From Candidatus Micrarchaeota archaeon (GTDB lineage Archaea; Micrarchaeota; Micrarchaeia; Anstonellales; Bilamarchaeaceae): DNA of 43,518 bases. The notes beneath the pieces were generated by a model, which saw only the letters and a program-made list of their open reading frames with translations, made no database searches and had not been told where the DNA came from. The stretch covers positions 1 through 43,518 of the forward strand of contig JAQBFN010000008.1 of the NCBI GenBank assembly GCA_032123335.1, read 5' to 3'. Made by a program: the position numbers and the translations under genes. Positions 17,630 to 27,397 of the stretch are shown here, one piece after another. How positions within the stretch are numbered: position 1 is the first letter of the stretch; each line of letters begins with the position of its first letter.

Positions 17630-18520
17630 ATGGCGGAAGCACTCCAAAACCCGAAACCCGAAACCGGAAACGCACAGAGAGTAAGAGGCCCCAATCTCAG
17701 GGTCCTCATTACGGGAGCTAACGGCGTTCCATTTCAGGAAGCATTGAAAAGAGCAGATGCGGAAAATCTTGTTCTCGCTTCAAACAAAAGAATGACCAAG
17801 GCATTTGTTGAAACAGATGAATGGAAGGGTATTAGGGAAGCATTTACCTGCTGGACCGGTACAATGACCGGATATGCAAAGCCCGGGGCAAAACTCTGCA
17901 AATTTGTAGAGTACACAGACCCAGAAGATGGCCAGAAATACGTGTTTCCCGTCCCCGAGCAGTATAAAGGGAAGGATGACGCGATTCTTGTTGCAGAACA
18001 TCCGAATTACACTTTAGTTCCAGATGGAAAAACTCTGGTTGTTAAAGCTTCTGAAGTGGATTGCATTACACAGTTCCCAAAAGAGGATGGCTGGTATCTT
18101 GGTGATAGCGCCCACGATATTCCTACTGGGAAGAAAGTAGATTCTCCAGATGGAAAAACAAGGTATCTTTGGAGGGTTGAAAACAGGGTGGGCCCTGTTC
18201 GCCGCGTCGACGTCTTCAACGGCTACGGCGGGCAGTACGTCGTTCTCAAATTCGGGTCGTCCAACGGTCTCGGGCTGGTAGTTGAGTCCCCCGAAGGGGA
18301 CGCCGCAAAAATCGAGGCGCCTCTTGCCCCAGTTGCAACACCACAAGCCAGCAAGAAAACGGTTATTGAAGTTACCGGTGTTTCAGCTGATGGACTAAGA
18401 GGTTTGATAGGGAGAGTCAGGCAAGACCTTGAAACTCTCGGGTCCACAGCAAAAGACGAACTTCTAGCCGCTGGAAACAAGCTTGAGCCGATGCTCAGGG
18501 GCGCAAGCTTAAAAGAATAA
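17630..18520 (+). CDS. Hypothetical protein with DGR variable-region-like segment
   Basis: SD-like GGTGA; run of NNC codons at 18200-18229 in an otherwise A/T-ending gene, followed by a GC hairpin at 18286-18301. Confidence 0.7.
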   Translation: MAEALQNPKPETGNAQRVRGPNLRVLITGANGVPFQEALKRADAENLVLASNKRMTKAFVETDEWKGIREAFTCWTGTMTGYAKPGAKLCKFVEYTDPEDGQKYVFPVPEQYKGKDDAILVAEHPNYTLVPDGKTLVVKASEVDCITQFPKEDGWYLGDSAHDIPTGKKVDSPDGKTRYLWRVENRVGPVRRVDVFNGYGGQYVVLKFGSSNGLGLVVESPEGDAAKIEAPLAPVATPQASKKTVIEVTGVSADGLRGLIGRVRQDLETLGSTAKDELLAAGNKLEPMLRGASLKE

Positions 18521-18735
18521 TCTTCTTTTTTTCTATTTAATTGAAATTTCTTTGAAATTTCAAAGCGCATAAATTTTACCAAATTTATGCTCCCAGGTGC
18601 AAGCATGGGCCACACATCCGCCCGTTCTCGCCTTCCGGTGTACTCTCAGCATCATAACATCCAAGAAGAAAAACATCGAATTAGCGCTTTCCCTGCGATT
18701 TTATAAAACGTATCCCAACCTAAATCTGCGCGAGC

Positions 18736-18758
18736 AGTGACGTGCGGTCTGATACACA
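18736..18758 (+). repeat. 23-bp direct repeat, copy 2 (attR-like)
   Basis: Identical to 17439-17461; no box C found upstream. Confidence 0.95.
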
Positions 18759-18791
18759 CTTCATTATAAAGTGGAAACCCAAGGAGAATCC

Positions 18792-19361
18792 ATGAAGATT
18801 GGAAAAACACTTTACGTTGTAGACAGGAATGGCTGGAGGGCATGGCTCGCTAAAAACCATTCCAAGGAAACTGAGATCTGGTTGATTTATTACAAAAAAG
18901 CAGCGGAGAAGCCCAGAATTCCCTACAATGATGCGGTTGAGGAAGCATTATGCTTCGGATGGATAGACAGTATTGTAAAAAAGATAGACGAGGAAAAGTT
19001 CGCCCAGAGATTTTCCCCAAGAAGGCCCGGAAGCGGGCTTTCGCAAGCGAACAAAGAACGAATCAGGAAGCTAATCATAGAAAAGAGGATGAAAAAGGCA
19101 GGACTTGCAGCGGTATCGCATGCCTACGATCCTGGTTTAGACCATGACGGTTTCACCGTGCCAGAAGACATCCTGAAGGCAATCAGGAAAAACCCGGACG
19201 CATGGAAGCATTTCCAAAACCTTCCCGGAAGTTACATGCGGATACGAATCGCTTACATAGAAGGCCGCAGGCGCCACGGAGAAGAGGCATTCAGGAAAAG
19301 CCTTGAGAATTTCATCAGGCTGACCGCAAAAAACAAAAGGTTCGGATTTGTAAAAGAATGA
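18792..19361 (+). CDS. YdeI/OmpD-associated family protein
   Basis: WRAWLAKNH..EIWL..YKK, AVEEALCFGWIDS, RFSPRRPGS, VPEDI..F..L; ATG follows AGGAG. Confidence 0.88.
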   Translation: MKIGKTLYVVDRNGWRAWLAKNHSKETEIWLIYYKKAAEKPRIPYNDAVEEALCFGWIDSIVKKIDEEKFAQRFSPRRPGSGLSQANKERIRKLIIEKRMKKAGLAAVSHAYDPGLDHDGFTVPEDILKAIRKNPDAWKHFQNLPGSYMRIRIAYIEGRRRHGEEAFRKSLENFIRLTAKNKRFGFVKE

Positions 19362-19369
19362 TGTTTCTT

Positions 19370-20815
19370 CTAATTCCTTTGTTTGACCGTTTTTCTAAAA
19401 ACCTCAGTGAAATCCGGGTCCCTGAAAACAAGTTCCGCATCCGTGGAATTCTCGATAGTAATGTCTACAAACCCGTACTGCCCCTGCTTATACCAGAGGC
19501 TCGTAGGGGAAACATATGTCCTCTCCGGGTTCTGCACGCCTCCAAAGGATCCTGCAACCACATAAATAATTCCATTCTTCTCCAGAACTTCCGAGTGGTG
19601 CTTGTGCCCGCTCAATACTATATCCACCCCATTTTCTTCAAACAAAGGAACAAGCTCCCGGATGGTCGCATTATTGTCGTACCAGTCCCATCCGTCCATA
19701 CGCGAGCCAGAGCTATAGTAGAACGTATGGCTCATCATGATTATCCAGTCTTCCCCAGGAATCTCCGCAAGCTGCTTCTCCAGCCACGCCTTTTGCTCTG
19801 GTGTATATGCCTCCAGCTCCCACTCCACGTCCAGCACAATGAAATGCACGTTCCCGGAGTCAATCCTTTTCACATAACAATCCGCCAGGGGGTCTTTCAT
19901 TCCCGGGGGGCAGAGGTAGGTACCATAAAGCATTACTCCCCCGAAAAGCGCATCATGGTTGCCCATGGCATATACAAAAGGCACCGATGAGCTTGTATTT
20001 GAAAACGCGCCAAGCGCCTCCTTCCACATTGCATCCGAAAACCCATACTGCACCTCATCCCCAAGAAGGAAAAACACCGAATAATTATTCTCTGGCTTTT
20101 TTATCTCCGCAAGCATTTTCTTTGTAAGGTCCGGCCTGCTGTTGCCTGCTCCGAAATGCGGGTCACCGGCCACAGCAAACCGAATCGGCTCCCCAGATGC
20201 AGGCACGGTCCTGAAGCTGGAAACCCTCTCCCCATTAACCCAATAATCATATTCCTTTCCAGGCTCCAGCCCGGAAAGCCTGAACCAGTGTTGGCTGGAA
20301 GCCTTTTCCTCATCAATCCCGAAACCCTCCTCCCCTTTCTCCCCCCACTCTAATGTATTCATGCTGGGAGTTTCTGTATAGAAAGCAATAACATACTCCG
20401 GAATCCCGCCCCCTCCATCAGAACCGGCAAGGAGCACCTGGGGTGCCACATCCCCCGAGCGGATAATCTGAGGAACGAAAATATATGCAACAAGTGCAAT
20501 GGAAACGAGCACGGCTATGCTTGCAATAACGCGCACAGGCATTGAAGGTGCCCATAGCCCTTTCCTGCTCTTCCATGCCAGCCCAGCATCAACCAATGCA
20601 GCTACCAGCACAAGGAGCCCACAGCCAACGAGCGCAGTGAACATGTCTCGCAATGGAGAATAATCCTTTACATTGTCAAAAGCATCATGCGTGCCCAGCG
20701 CCCATGCCGTAAGCACAAGCGGGAAAACCACTCCTGCAGCCACCAGCACAATCCCTCCAAGCCCGGCATTTTGCGTAGATTTAGGCATCCTCTTTTTTGT
20801 TTTCTTGGCAGCCAT
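19370..20815 (-). CDS. Membrane-anchored metallophosphoesterase (purple acid phosphatase-like, FN3 plus calcineurin-like domain)
   Basis: Three N-terminal TMs, LSGLEPGKEYDY, GDPH, LGD, GNHD, SH, SGHKH. Confidence 0.85.
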   Translation of the reverse strand: MAAKKTKKRMPKSTQNAGLGGIVLVAAGVVFPLVLTAWALGTHDAFDNVKDYSPLRDMFTALVGCGLLVLVAALVDAGLAWKSRKGLWAPSMPVRVIASIAVLVSIALVAYIFVPQIIRSGDVAPQVLLAGSDGGGGIPEYVIAFYTETPSMNTLEWGEKGEEGFGIDEEKASSQHWFRLSGLEPGKEYDYWVNGERVSSFRTVPASGEPIRFAVAGDPHFGAGNSRPDLTKKMLAEIKKPENNYSVFFLLGDEVQYGFSDAMWKEALGAFSNTSSSVPFVYAMGNHDALFGGVMLYGTYLCPPGMKDPLADCYVKRIDSGNVHFIVLDVEWELEAYTPEQKAWLEKQLAEIPGEDWIIMMSHTFYYSSGSRMDGWDWYDNNATIRELVPLFEENGVDIVLSGHKHHSEVLEKNGIIYVVAGSFGGVQNPERTYVSPTSLWYKQGQYGFVDITIENSTDAELVFRDPDFTEVFRKTVKQRN

Positions 20816-20940
20816 GTGGTTCTCTTTCTGCTCGGGAATATAATTAAACCTTTTTCTCCGGTCTAGAGCAATACTGCGATGCCAGGCCAAAACCGCAGCC
20901 AGAAACATATTTATTAAATCTATATGCTGATTTTAGTACC

Positions 20941-21540
20941 ATGAAAAGCAGGATCCTTATTGTGTCGATGTTTATCGCTTTCGTATTTTTGTTTGGATGC
21001 ACCAATGTCGTTAGAGATACTGCGGAAGATGCCGTAGACCAAAATAATCCCTCCCTATGCAAGAAGCTTGAAGAAGCCACGGATGTCAAAAAGTGCTATG
21101 AGCTGGTTGCAGAGAATATGAATGACCCTGAGGTGTGCAAGCAGTCAACAGACAACAATGGCTGCATCACAAACTTTGCATCACAAAAGAGCTCTCTCAA
21201 ATACTGCGATATGACTACTGATGCGGCAGCCAAAACCGCGTGTATCCTTTCAGTCACAGGAGACCAGACAGGGAGGGCGATAGAGGAAATACTTGCAGAC
21301 TGGAGGAGCAAGGGCGCAGTTTCCAAGTGCAAGGAGCTGTGCCGGCCTCCGTATGAAAGCTGTATGGATAAATGTTATCAACCTTTCAAGGCAGCAGAGG
21401 AGCAGTGCGCAGGCAAGAGTGATGCAACCGATAGCTATTTCTGCATGGATGCTGCCAAGAAAACAAAGGAATACTGCTGGCTGGAATGCTATGATGCGCA
21501 AAAAGAATGCGAAGCAGGCTGCATGCCCAAAGAGGATTGA
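20941..21540 (+). CDS. Cys-rich lipoprotein
   Basis: Lipobox LFGC; regularly spaced cysteines. Confidence 0.75.
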   Translation: MKSRILIVSMFIAFVFLFGCTNVVRDTAEDAVDQNNPSLCKKLEEATDVKKCYELVAENMNDPEVCKQSTDNNGCITNFASQKSSLKYCDMTTDAAAKTACILSVTGDQTGRAIEEILADWRSKGAVSKCKELCRPPYESCMDKCYQPFKAAEEQCAGKSDATDSYFCMDAAKKTKEYCWLECYDAQKECEAGCMPKED

Positions 21541-21576
21541 AACACAAATAAACCTAACTGGAGAAACGGGTTTTGC

Positions 21577-23079
21577 ATGCTATTCACAGAAGCTCTCAAT
21601 AAAATACGCGAAGGCGCAGACCTGGAGATAAACCCTTCGTTTGAAAGGCTCAGGGAACTTTCATTAAGCGAAAACCCTCAGGAAACAAAGTACGGAAGCA
21701 TGGCCTACCGCACAAAAATAAAGGGAAGGAGCGCCAAGCTTACAGAAATAGTTGAAGGCGAGCCCACTCCAGAGCAGAAAGAAACAATCCAGGAAGTTGC
21801 AGAATATCTCCAGGGAAAAAAATTAATCCAGATAGACAGGAAAATGTGCCTCACAAACCCATTCTACTGCCGTTCCTATGTTTCACAATCCTACGCACAC
21901 ATTGCATACCTGTGGGGAAGGATGCTTTTTGACCCGGAGCCCGGAAAAGAACCGGATTTTAACAATGTCCAAATTCCGGAGTGGCCCGAAACCAAAATAA
22001 TTGCGGACCCCAAAACCTGCACCACATTCATCCTGGGCTCAGACTACACAGGAGAGCTGAAAAAAGCAAACTTGCGCATGGCAATGTACCTCACAAAGCA
22101 GGCAGGGGGCCTTGGTTTGCATGCAGGCTCAAAGGTCCTCAAGGTACTTACCCCGGAAGGGAAGCTGAAGGAAAAAGGCGTGCTCCTTTTCGGCTTGAGC
22201 GCTACAGGAAAAACAACCCTTACCTGCCACCACCACTGGCTTGACAAGGAAGAAGGAGAATCCACAATCATAAGGCAGGATGATGTTGTGTTGATGCAAA
22301 AGGATTCATATTGCAGGGGAACCGAAGACAACTTTTATATAAAAACAGATGCACTGGAACAAGAAGACCAGCCAATACTCTACAAGGCAGCAAGGAGCAG
22401 GAATGCCCTTCTTGAAAACGTAAAGGTCCTGGAAAACGGGGAGATGGATTTCTTCGATGATTCGATAACAACAAATGGGCGCGCAGTGGTGCTGCGCTCT
22501 GAAATGGAGGACACAGACAATGATGTCGACCTGCCCCAGACCCACATGATAATCTTCCTCACAAGGAGGGACACAATAATCCCCCCTGTTGCAAAGCTCA
22601 GCAACGAGCAGGCCGCAGCATTCTTCATGCTTGGGGAGTCCATGGGAAGCGCCGCATCAGATGTTTCTCCTGGAAAGCCCAGGAGGGTAGTTGGAACAAA
22701 CCCCTTCATAATCGGTTCAAAGGATGAAGAGGGAAACCGCTTCTATGAAATCATCAGCGCAAACCCGCACCTGGACTGCTATTTCCTGAATACGGGCACC
22801 ATAGGAAGGAACGATGGCCCGGGAGAAAAAATAACGGTGCATGATTCCGCCACCATAATCAAGGAAATCGCAAGGGGCACGATTGAATGGAAAAAGGACC
22901 CGGATTGGGGCTACGAAATCCTGGACAGCGCCCCGGGAGTAGAACTCTCCAAATTCCACCCGGAAAAGCACTACACAAAAGAGCAATACGCAAAACTAGT
23001 AGAGGAATTGAAGAAGGAAAGGAGGGAGTGGCTCTCCCAGTTCAAAAAACTCCGCCCGGAAATAAAAAACGCAGTCTAG
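21577..23079 (+). CDS. pckA: Phosphoenolpyruvate carboxykinase (ATP)
   Basis: YTGELKK, GLHAG, FGLSATGKTTL, QDD, GTE, TTNGR, TNPF, LNTG. Confidence 0.88.
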   Translation: MLFTEALNKIREGADLEINPSFERLRELSLSENPQETKYGSMAYRTKIKGRSAKLTEIVEGEPTPEQKETIQEVAEYLQGKKLIQIDRKMCLTNPFYCRSYVSQSYAHIAYLWGRMLFDPEPGKEPDFNNVQIPEWPETKIIADPKTCTTFILGSDYTGELKKANLRMAMYLTKQAGGLGLHAGSKVLKVLTPEGKLKEKGVLLFGLSATGKTTLTCHHHWLDKEEGESTIIRQDDVVLMQKDSYCRGTEDNFYIKTDALEQEDQPILYKAARSRNALLENVKVLENGEMDFFDDSITTNGRAVVLRSEMEDTDNDVDLPQTHMIIFLTRRDTIIPPVAKLSNEQAAAFFMLGESMGSAASDVSPGKPRRVVGTNPFIIGSKDEEGNRFYEIISANPHLDCYFLNTGTIGRNDGPGEKITVHDSATIIKEIARGTIEWKKDPDWGYEILDSAPGVELSKFHPEKHYTKEQYAKLVEELKKERREWLSQFKKLRPEIKNAV

Positions 23080-24362
23080 GAGAACAAATTATATTTTTTG
23101 TAAACCACCGGTTCCCCCTTTTCAGCAATATACCAATAGTACAGCGACCCGTCAGCGGTGTCATATACATAGCTGTACATCGTTTCCTCAGAATCAGAGG
23201 GAGAGCTCGCGTTTACCAGGAAAGCAACCTGCCCATCGGACATTATCCCCTGCGCATCTCCAGCATCCAGCGGATTCTCTGCACTGTAGCCTGAAAGAAG
23301 CTCTCTCATCCTGAGCAGCCTTTCCTGCGTTCTTGCATGGATGCCTCCGCTGTATGCTTTGCTGTCCATGCTTGTAATCTCATAATGGTTGGTAAGCGCA
23401 ATCCGTTCCGGGAGCCCCCAGGGAGTCCGCACATCCTCAGAATCGCTCGTTCTTACTGCATATTCAGTAGTTCCATCGCTCCCCAGGTTCGCTGCTTTTT
23501 CCAGCACAAGCGCATCCAGCTCATCAAAAAAGAGCACAATGTGGCTGTAGGAATATTCCCTGGAATTGTAGAACTCAAGGGCGTAATCCACGGAATCATA
23601 ATCTTCAAGCGCCTCCCTTACGCTGAAGGTATATGGGTACCTGCCGGAAACAGTAAAGTTTTCCCTTGTTCCGCAATCCTGCACATGCAGCCCAAGATTC
23701 TTTTCATTAACGCCAGAAGCAACACTCACAATCCCCAGATACCCGATGTTCGCAAAATCATTCTTCCCCTCCTGGTTCCTGAAAACCGTAATCCCCGAAT
23801 ACTCCTGCAGCGCATCAAATCCATACCAGTCAAAGTTTCTCCCCATTATAGTTTTCCCAGTGTCCGTATATTCGGAATATGCAGCAAACCCTGAGCAGGA
23901 AGCAGGCCTTCCAATATCTGAAAACAGGTTTATCTTGAGCAACACATCTGCGAATTCCGGCTCACCAAGCCCTTCCGCAATCCCTTCAACCTCATCGATA
24001 TATTCCTGGGGAACATTAGGCCGTATCTCAGCAAGCCTATCGCTCACATCTTCATCAGTTATATTGACCCCTGCCCTGCTCTGGAAAAAGTAAAGCAGGC
24101 TCTCATAATATTCTGTCATATCCGAAGAATAATTCGGGTAATTCCCCTTTATCCACTTCCCATATTCAACCCCAACTTCCCTGTGGGTTTTCCCTGAAAA
24201 ATCCAGTACAACAATGTGCGGGTTTCCATCCACCATACTCACTGCAGGCAAGGCGCTTTCTTCCGCCACAGCCGCCTCTTCAGGCCCGGAAACGCAGCCC
24301 GCAACCAAAGCGAACGCCAATACAAACAAAATTCCTGGATAAATCCTGGATTCCCCACACAT
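23076..24362 (-). CDS. C45-family Ntn-hydrolase/peptidase lipoprotein
   Basis: Lipobox VAGC; EVEGIAEG; nucleophile CSGF; GRNFDW; GVNEKNL; TNHY. Confidence 0.82.
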   Translation of the reverse strand: MCGESRIYPGILFVLAFALVAGCVSGPEEAAVAEESALPAVSMVDGNPHIVVLDFSGKTHREVGVEYGKWIKGNYPNYSSDMTEYYESLLYFFQSRAGVNITDEDVSDRLAEIRPNVPQEYIDEVEGIAEGLGEPEFADVLLKINLFSDIGRPASCSGFAAYSEYTDTGKTIMGRNFDWYGFDALQEYSGITVFRNQEGKNDFANIGYLGIVSVASGVNEKNLGLHVQDCGTRENFTVSGRYPYTFSVREALEDYDSVDYALEFYNSREYSYSHIVLFFDELDALVLEKAANLGSDGTTEYAVRTSDSEDVRTPWGLPERIALTNHYEITSMDSKAYSGGIHARTQERLLRMRELLSGYSAENPLDAGDAQGIMSDGQVAFLVNASSPSDSEETMYSYVYDTADGSLYYWYIAEKGEPVVYKKYNLFS

Positions 24363-24438
24363 GCTTCAAACTTGCTTTCAGCCCTTTTAATCCTTGCCCC
24401 CTGCAAAGCAATTTATACCTTCCAGCCGAAGCCAATCC

Positions 24439-24915
24439 ATGGACCTGAAAGAATCCGGAAAGCTGCTCCTCGCAATAATTATATGCAATCTTGCAGGCGC
24501 AATCGGTTCAATCTTCACATTTTCTTCAATTACCAACTGGTACGCAACACTAACCAAGCCTGAATTCAACCCCCCGAACTGGATTTTCGGCCCGGTCTGG
24601 ACAACTCTTTACATCCTGATGGGGATCTCCCTTTACTTAATCTGGAAAAAATACGAAGAAGGAAAAGACGCAAAGCCCGCACTAACCGTTTTCTCAATTC
24701 AATTAGCCTTGAACGCACTCTGGTCAATCCTTTTTTTTGGGTTACAATCCCCGCTTTACGGGCTCTTTTGCATAATCCCCCTATGGATTTCAATTGCCCT
24801 AATGATACTGAAATTTTATCCTCTCTCACGAAATGCAGCCCTCCTGCAAATCCCCTACCTGCTTTGGGTGTCCTTTGCAACACTGCTGAATGTCTCAATC
24901 TGGATGCTCAATTAG
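24439..24915 (+). CDS. tspO: TspO/MBR tryptophan-rich sensory protein
   Basis: WYATLTKPEFNPPNWIFGPVWTTLY, QLALNALWS, PYLLWVSFATLLN. Confidence 0.92.
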   Translation: MDLKESGKLLLAIIICNLAGAIGSIFTFSSITNWYATLTKPEFNPPNWIFGPVWTTLYILMGISLYLIWKKYEEGKDAKPALTVFSIQLALNALWSILFFGLQSPLYGLFCIIPLWISIALMILKFYPLSRNAALLQIPYLLWVSFATLLNVSIWMLN

Positions 24916-24964
24916 CCCTGCATGAGCAACCCCAAGCGAGAAAAGAATTTCCCTTTCCCGGAGT

Positions 24965-25681
24965 TCATCCCTTTATCAGGAGCATGAACAGCAGCCCCAG
25001 AGAGAATATGAGCAGGCTGACTACCTTGTCCCATCCCTCGGATTTGTGCATCTCAGGAATCAGGTCAGAAGCAGCGATATAGATGAAGTTCCCAGCCGCA
25101 AATGGAACAAGAAGCGGTAATATTCCCTCACTCACCCCCGCAAGGAAATACCCTACTAAAGCACCCAGGATTACAGTGGATTGCGCCCCAAAGCTGTATA
25201 AAATAGCCTTATTCCTCTCAAATCCTCCCTTCATGAGCACCCCGAAAATGCCGAGCTGCTGCGGAAGCTCATGCGCAACTATTGCAGTTGTTGTTGCGAT
25301 TCCCAGCGGTATGCTCACAAGGAAGCTTGCAGCAAGAATTATGCCTCCCAGGAAGTTATGTATTCCGTCCCCGACAACCATTACATATGAGAAGGGATGG
25401 ATTTTGCATTCTTTGCACCGGTGCCAGTGGAAAAAGGATTCCACTATCATGAAAAGTACAAAACCCGCAAGCGCAAGCGCCATCGCCATTCCGGCATCAA
25501 TCTCTTCCAGGGACTCGGGAAGCAGATGGAAGAATGCGCCCCCAAGCAGGCTTCCCGCAGCAAATGCCACAAGGATATGGATAATGTTGTTCAGGTCTTT
25601 CTTGCTGAACCAAAGGGAGAATACCCCTACAAAGCCAAGCAGTGCATCAAGCACTGCAGCGCCAAGTATCCACCAAATCAT
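24965..25681 (-). CDS. ZIP-family metal transporter
   Basis: AFAAGSLLGGAFFHLLPE, GDGIHNF, HELPQ, AAGNFIYIAASDLIPE. Confidence 0.9.
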   Translation of the reverse strand: MIWWILGAAVLDALLGFVGVFSLWFSKKDLNNIIHILVAFAAGSLLGGAFFHLLPESLEEIDAGMAMALALAGFVLFMIVESFFHWHRCKECKIHPFSYVMVVGDGIHNFLGGIILAASFLVSIPLGIATTTAIVAHELPQQLGIFGVLMKGGFERNKAILYSFGAQSTVILGALVGYFLAGVSEGILPLLVPFAAGNFIYIAASDLIPEMHKSEGWDKVVSLLIFSLGLLFMLLIKG

Positions 25682-25776
25682 AGTGTAATCTCTGCAGAAA
25701 AACGTTATTAAATCTTCCCTACTAAATTATTAACAATTCAACAAAAACCTCTCAAAATTATTAACAGGTGCCCGAA

Positions 25777-26157
25777 ATGGAAATAATAAGCATCTCAATG
25801 GACAGGGAAATGCTCAATGAACTGGGCAGCATCCAGAAAAAGCTGGGGTTCAAAAGCCGCTCCAAGCTCCTGAGGGCCACATTGGATTCCCTCTTGAATG
25901 AATACAATGCGCTGGACTCGAGAAAGGGGCATTGCGATGCAGTATTTACGGTTGCGCATTCCCCCCATGGGGCAGACTCATTGAGCAGCCTGCTTACCGA
26001 ATTCGAGGATGCAATCGTCACGGAAATCCACCAGCACCACAAGAATGTGTGCCTGAGGGTCCTGATAACCTGTGCAGATGCTTCCAGGGTAAGGGAGCTG
26101 TTCTCCCACCTGAAAAGAAGCAAGGGAGTAAAGTCCGTGCAGGTTTCCTTATTGTAG
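25777..26157 (+). CDS. NikR-like ribbon-helix-helix metal-responsive regulator
   Basis: IISISMD..SRSKLLR RHH, C-terminal HQH..C metal-binding domain; divergent from the ZIP gene. Confidence 0.8.
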   Translation: MEIISISMDREMLNELGSIQKKLGFKSRSKLLRATLDSLLNEYNALDSRKGHCDAVFTVAHSPHGADSLSSLLTEFEDAIVTEIHQHHKNVCLRVLITCADASRVRELFSHLKRSKGVKSVQVSLL

Positions 26158-26191
26158 AAATATTTATATTTTCTGGGGGATAGCCTTTTCC

Positions 26192-27367
26192 ATGGCGGAG
26201 CTACTTTCGTTCCTTATACTGATTTCCTCAGGCCTATTCCTTTCTGAATTGTTCAAAAAATTCCATCTCCCTTATGTGGTAGCCCTTATCCTCACAGGCA
26301 TAATCATTGGCCCCTTCGCCCTAAACATCCTGGTAGTTGATGAAACAATTGATTTTCTTGGCTCAATCGGCCTTGTGTTCCTGATGTTCATGGCCGGGCT
26401 TGAAATCAAGCTCTCCAGCTTCAGGAAACTGGTTGGAGGGGCGGCGAAATTCTCCATATTCAACGGAATCTTTCCAATGGTGGTGGGTTTCATGGTTGCA
26501 TCCTACCTGGGCTATGATTTGGTCGGCTCAATCATGCTGGGAATCATCTTCGTTTCCTCTTCTATCGCAATAGTTATTCCCGTGCTGGAAGCCCAGGGGC
26601 TCCTCAAAGTAAAGCTAGGGCGCTTGATAGTTTCAGGCACAATACTTGAAGATGTATTCAGCCTGGTTCTCCTTTCCATTTTCCTGCAGATGGTGGCCCC
26701 AACCACCGAAATTCCCCTATATCTATTCTACATAATCGTAGCAATTTCCCTTTACGCACTGAGAGTTTTCATACCAAAGGCAAGGGAGGCATTCAGGAAA
26801 TTCCACGGTGAAGGGAAGGACCTCTTTGAAGAAGAAGTAAGGTTCATTTTCGTAGTGCTCATCGCCACAGTTGTATTCTTTGATCTCCTGGGGATGCATG
26901 CAATAATCGCAGGGTTCTTCACAGGCCTAGTGCTTTCAGAATCCATAAAGAGCGAGATGCTGATGAAGAAAATACACGCGCTCAGCTATGGGCTGTTTAT
27001 CCCAATTTTTTTCATAATTATCGGAGCAGAGATGGACATAGGAGTATTCTTTGGGGGAGGGGAAGCGCTTATGGTAATATTCATCATAGTTGCCGCTTCC
27101 GTATTCTCCAAATTCTTTGGGGGCATTCTTGCAGGAAGGGCAAACGGCTTCACCTCCAAGGAAAGCGTAATCGCAGGAGCTGCGACAATTCCCCAGTTAA
27201 GCACCACCCTTGCGGTTGCGTTCGTTGGGCGAGAGATGGGCCTTATAGACGACGTTCTCATCACTGCAATGATTGTGCTCAGCATTGCAACCACATTCTG
27301 CGGCCCAATCCTTGTGAAATACCTTACTGAGCCCATGACAGGAAGGGAAGCACCGGAGCCGCAGTAA
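26192..27367 (+). CDS. Cation:proton antiporter (CPA2/KefB-like)
   Basis: IGLVFLMFMAGLE, ILED, IPIFF; about 12 TMs. Confidence 0.88.
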   Translation: MAELLSFLILISSGLFLSELFKKFHLPYVVALILTGIIIGPFALNILVVDETIDFLGSIGLVFLMFMAGLEIKLSSFRKLVGGAAKFSIFNGIFPMVVGFMVASYLGYDLVGSIMLGIIFVSSSIAIVIPVLEAQGLLKVKLGRLIVSGTILEDVFSLVLLSIFLQMVAPTTEIPLYLFYIIVAISLYALRVFIPKAREAFRKFHGEGKDLFEEEVRFIFVVLIATVVFFDLLGMHAIIAGFFTGLVLSESIKSEMLMKKIHALSYGLFIPIFFIIIGAEMDIGVFFGGGEALMVIFIIVAASVFSKFFGGILAGRANGFTSKESVIAGAATIPQLSTTLAVAFVGREMGLIDDVLITAMIVLSIATTFCGPILVKYLTEPMTGREAPEPQ

Positions 27368-27397
27368 TTTTATATTCTTTGCCTGTTTGTTTTCCCC

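Larger units (their letters stand above)
17462..18758. mobile_element. Putative degenerate integrated element (~1.3 kb) in the 3' end of the C/D RNA gene
   Basis: Bounded by the 23-bp duplication of the RNA's 3' end; no intact integrase is present. Confidence 0.5.

Noticed and set aside
17387..17647. 86-aa minus-strand ORF and other short ORFs over the sRNA
   Set aside because: No recognisable motifs; they overlap the structured RNA and the start of the 17630 gene.
17439..18758. CRISPR or TIGR-type array from the 23-bp repeat
   Set aside because: Only two copies 1.3 kb apart; no spacer periodicity; no cas or Nop-domain gene nearby.
24912..24960. Possible duplicated remnant of the ZIP gene 3' end (minus-strand FFSRLGLLMQG*)
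   Set aside because: Too short and too divergent to distinguish from chance.
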